Virus genome (UHGV): UHGV-0057547
DNA: 64,000 bases
Source: a virus
Reading direction: 5' to 3' (one strand)
This document shows, piece after piece, positions 63,739 to 64,000 of the stretch. The notes below the pieces were generated by a model. The model made no database searches, was not told the origin of the DNA, and was given only the letters and a program-made list of their open reading frames with translations. A program made the position numbers and the translations under genes. Numbering within the stretch: the stretch's first letter is position 1; each line of letters starts with the position of its first letter.

Positions 63739-64000
63739 TCCTCGTATGTAGAGAAATCTGCATAGGACACAACTTTAATTGCAGGTAATGGGTAAAGCTC
63801 TACACCACAAGCATAGAGAAATCATGTGTTGAAGGTACGAAAGTAGAAAAAACGTAGAGATTCTCATATGGTTAAATCCTAAGTGAGAAGTGATTAAATT
63901 CACACAATCCCTGTTCATGCAGGTAAGATTCTAAGTGATAATTTATCATATGAATAAACTTCAACGACTATCCTGGAAAGATAGGTTAAAATCCCTATCA
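63739..64000 (+). mobile_element. Group I intron A13, truncated by the window end
   Basis: P TTAATTGCAGGTAATGGG at 63785, Q GTTCATGCAGGTAAGATTCTAAG at 63915, R AACTTCAACGACTATCC at 63961. Confidence 0.6.

Noticed and set aside
1-64000. tRNA or other structured RNA genes besides the introns
   Set aside because: No cloverleaf-compatible segments were recognised by eye. This cannot be excluded without tRNAscan or Infernal.

Overview
AT-rich (about 30% GC) structural-gene module of a tailed phage, probably siphovirus-like with a low-GC Firmicutes host. Apart from the intron-encoded ORFs, every gene is on the + strand, and the order runs from head to tail. A prohead protease/scaffold-like gene comes first, then a major capsid gene. 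Five small neck/connector ORFs follow, then a major tail (tube) gene. Next comes a giant tape-measure gene whose exons total about 4,370 aa, followed by Dit-like and Tal-like proteins. After those there is a 1,980-aa collagen-like fibre, an Ig-repeat protein, a 2,120-aa beta-helix protein carrying two GH16 glucanase domains, and a fibre with a C-terminal S74 chaperone. Two BppU-like paralogs follow. The window ends with a lamin-tail/purple-acid-phosphatase protein and a CotH-like protein. The main feature is intron load: I count about 16 group I intron-like insertions. They were recognised by the recurring P (AATTGCTGG), Q (AATCAGCAGG), R (TTCAACGACTA) and S (GATATAGTC) core blocks and shared 5' and 3' ends. 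Ten of these insertions carry endonuclease ORFs, each with its own sigma70-like promoter and RBS. Six of the ORFs belong to one unusual family with tandem zinc-ribbon modules and a Vsr/DUF559-like PD-(D/E)XK domain. One further ORF has the same modules with an HNH domain instead, one is a LAGLIDADG enzyme, and two other HNH ORFs are present. The tape-measure gene is cut into 7 exons, the phosphatase gene into 5, the capsid gene into 2, the tail tube gene into 3, the protease/scaffold gene into 2, and the CotH-like gene into at least 3. Exon boundaries were inferred from reading-frame continuity and conserved intron ends, and are approximate (a few nt, up to about 25 nt for TMP exon 1) unless stated.
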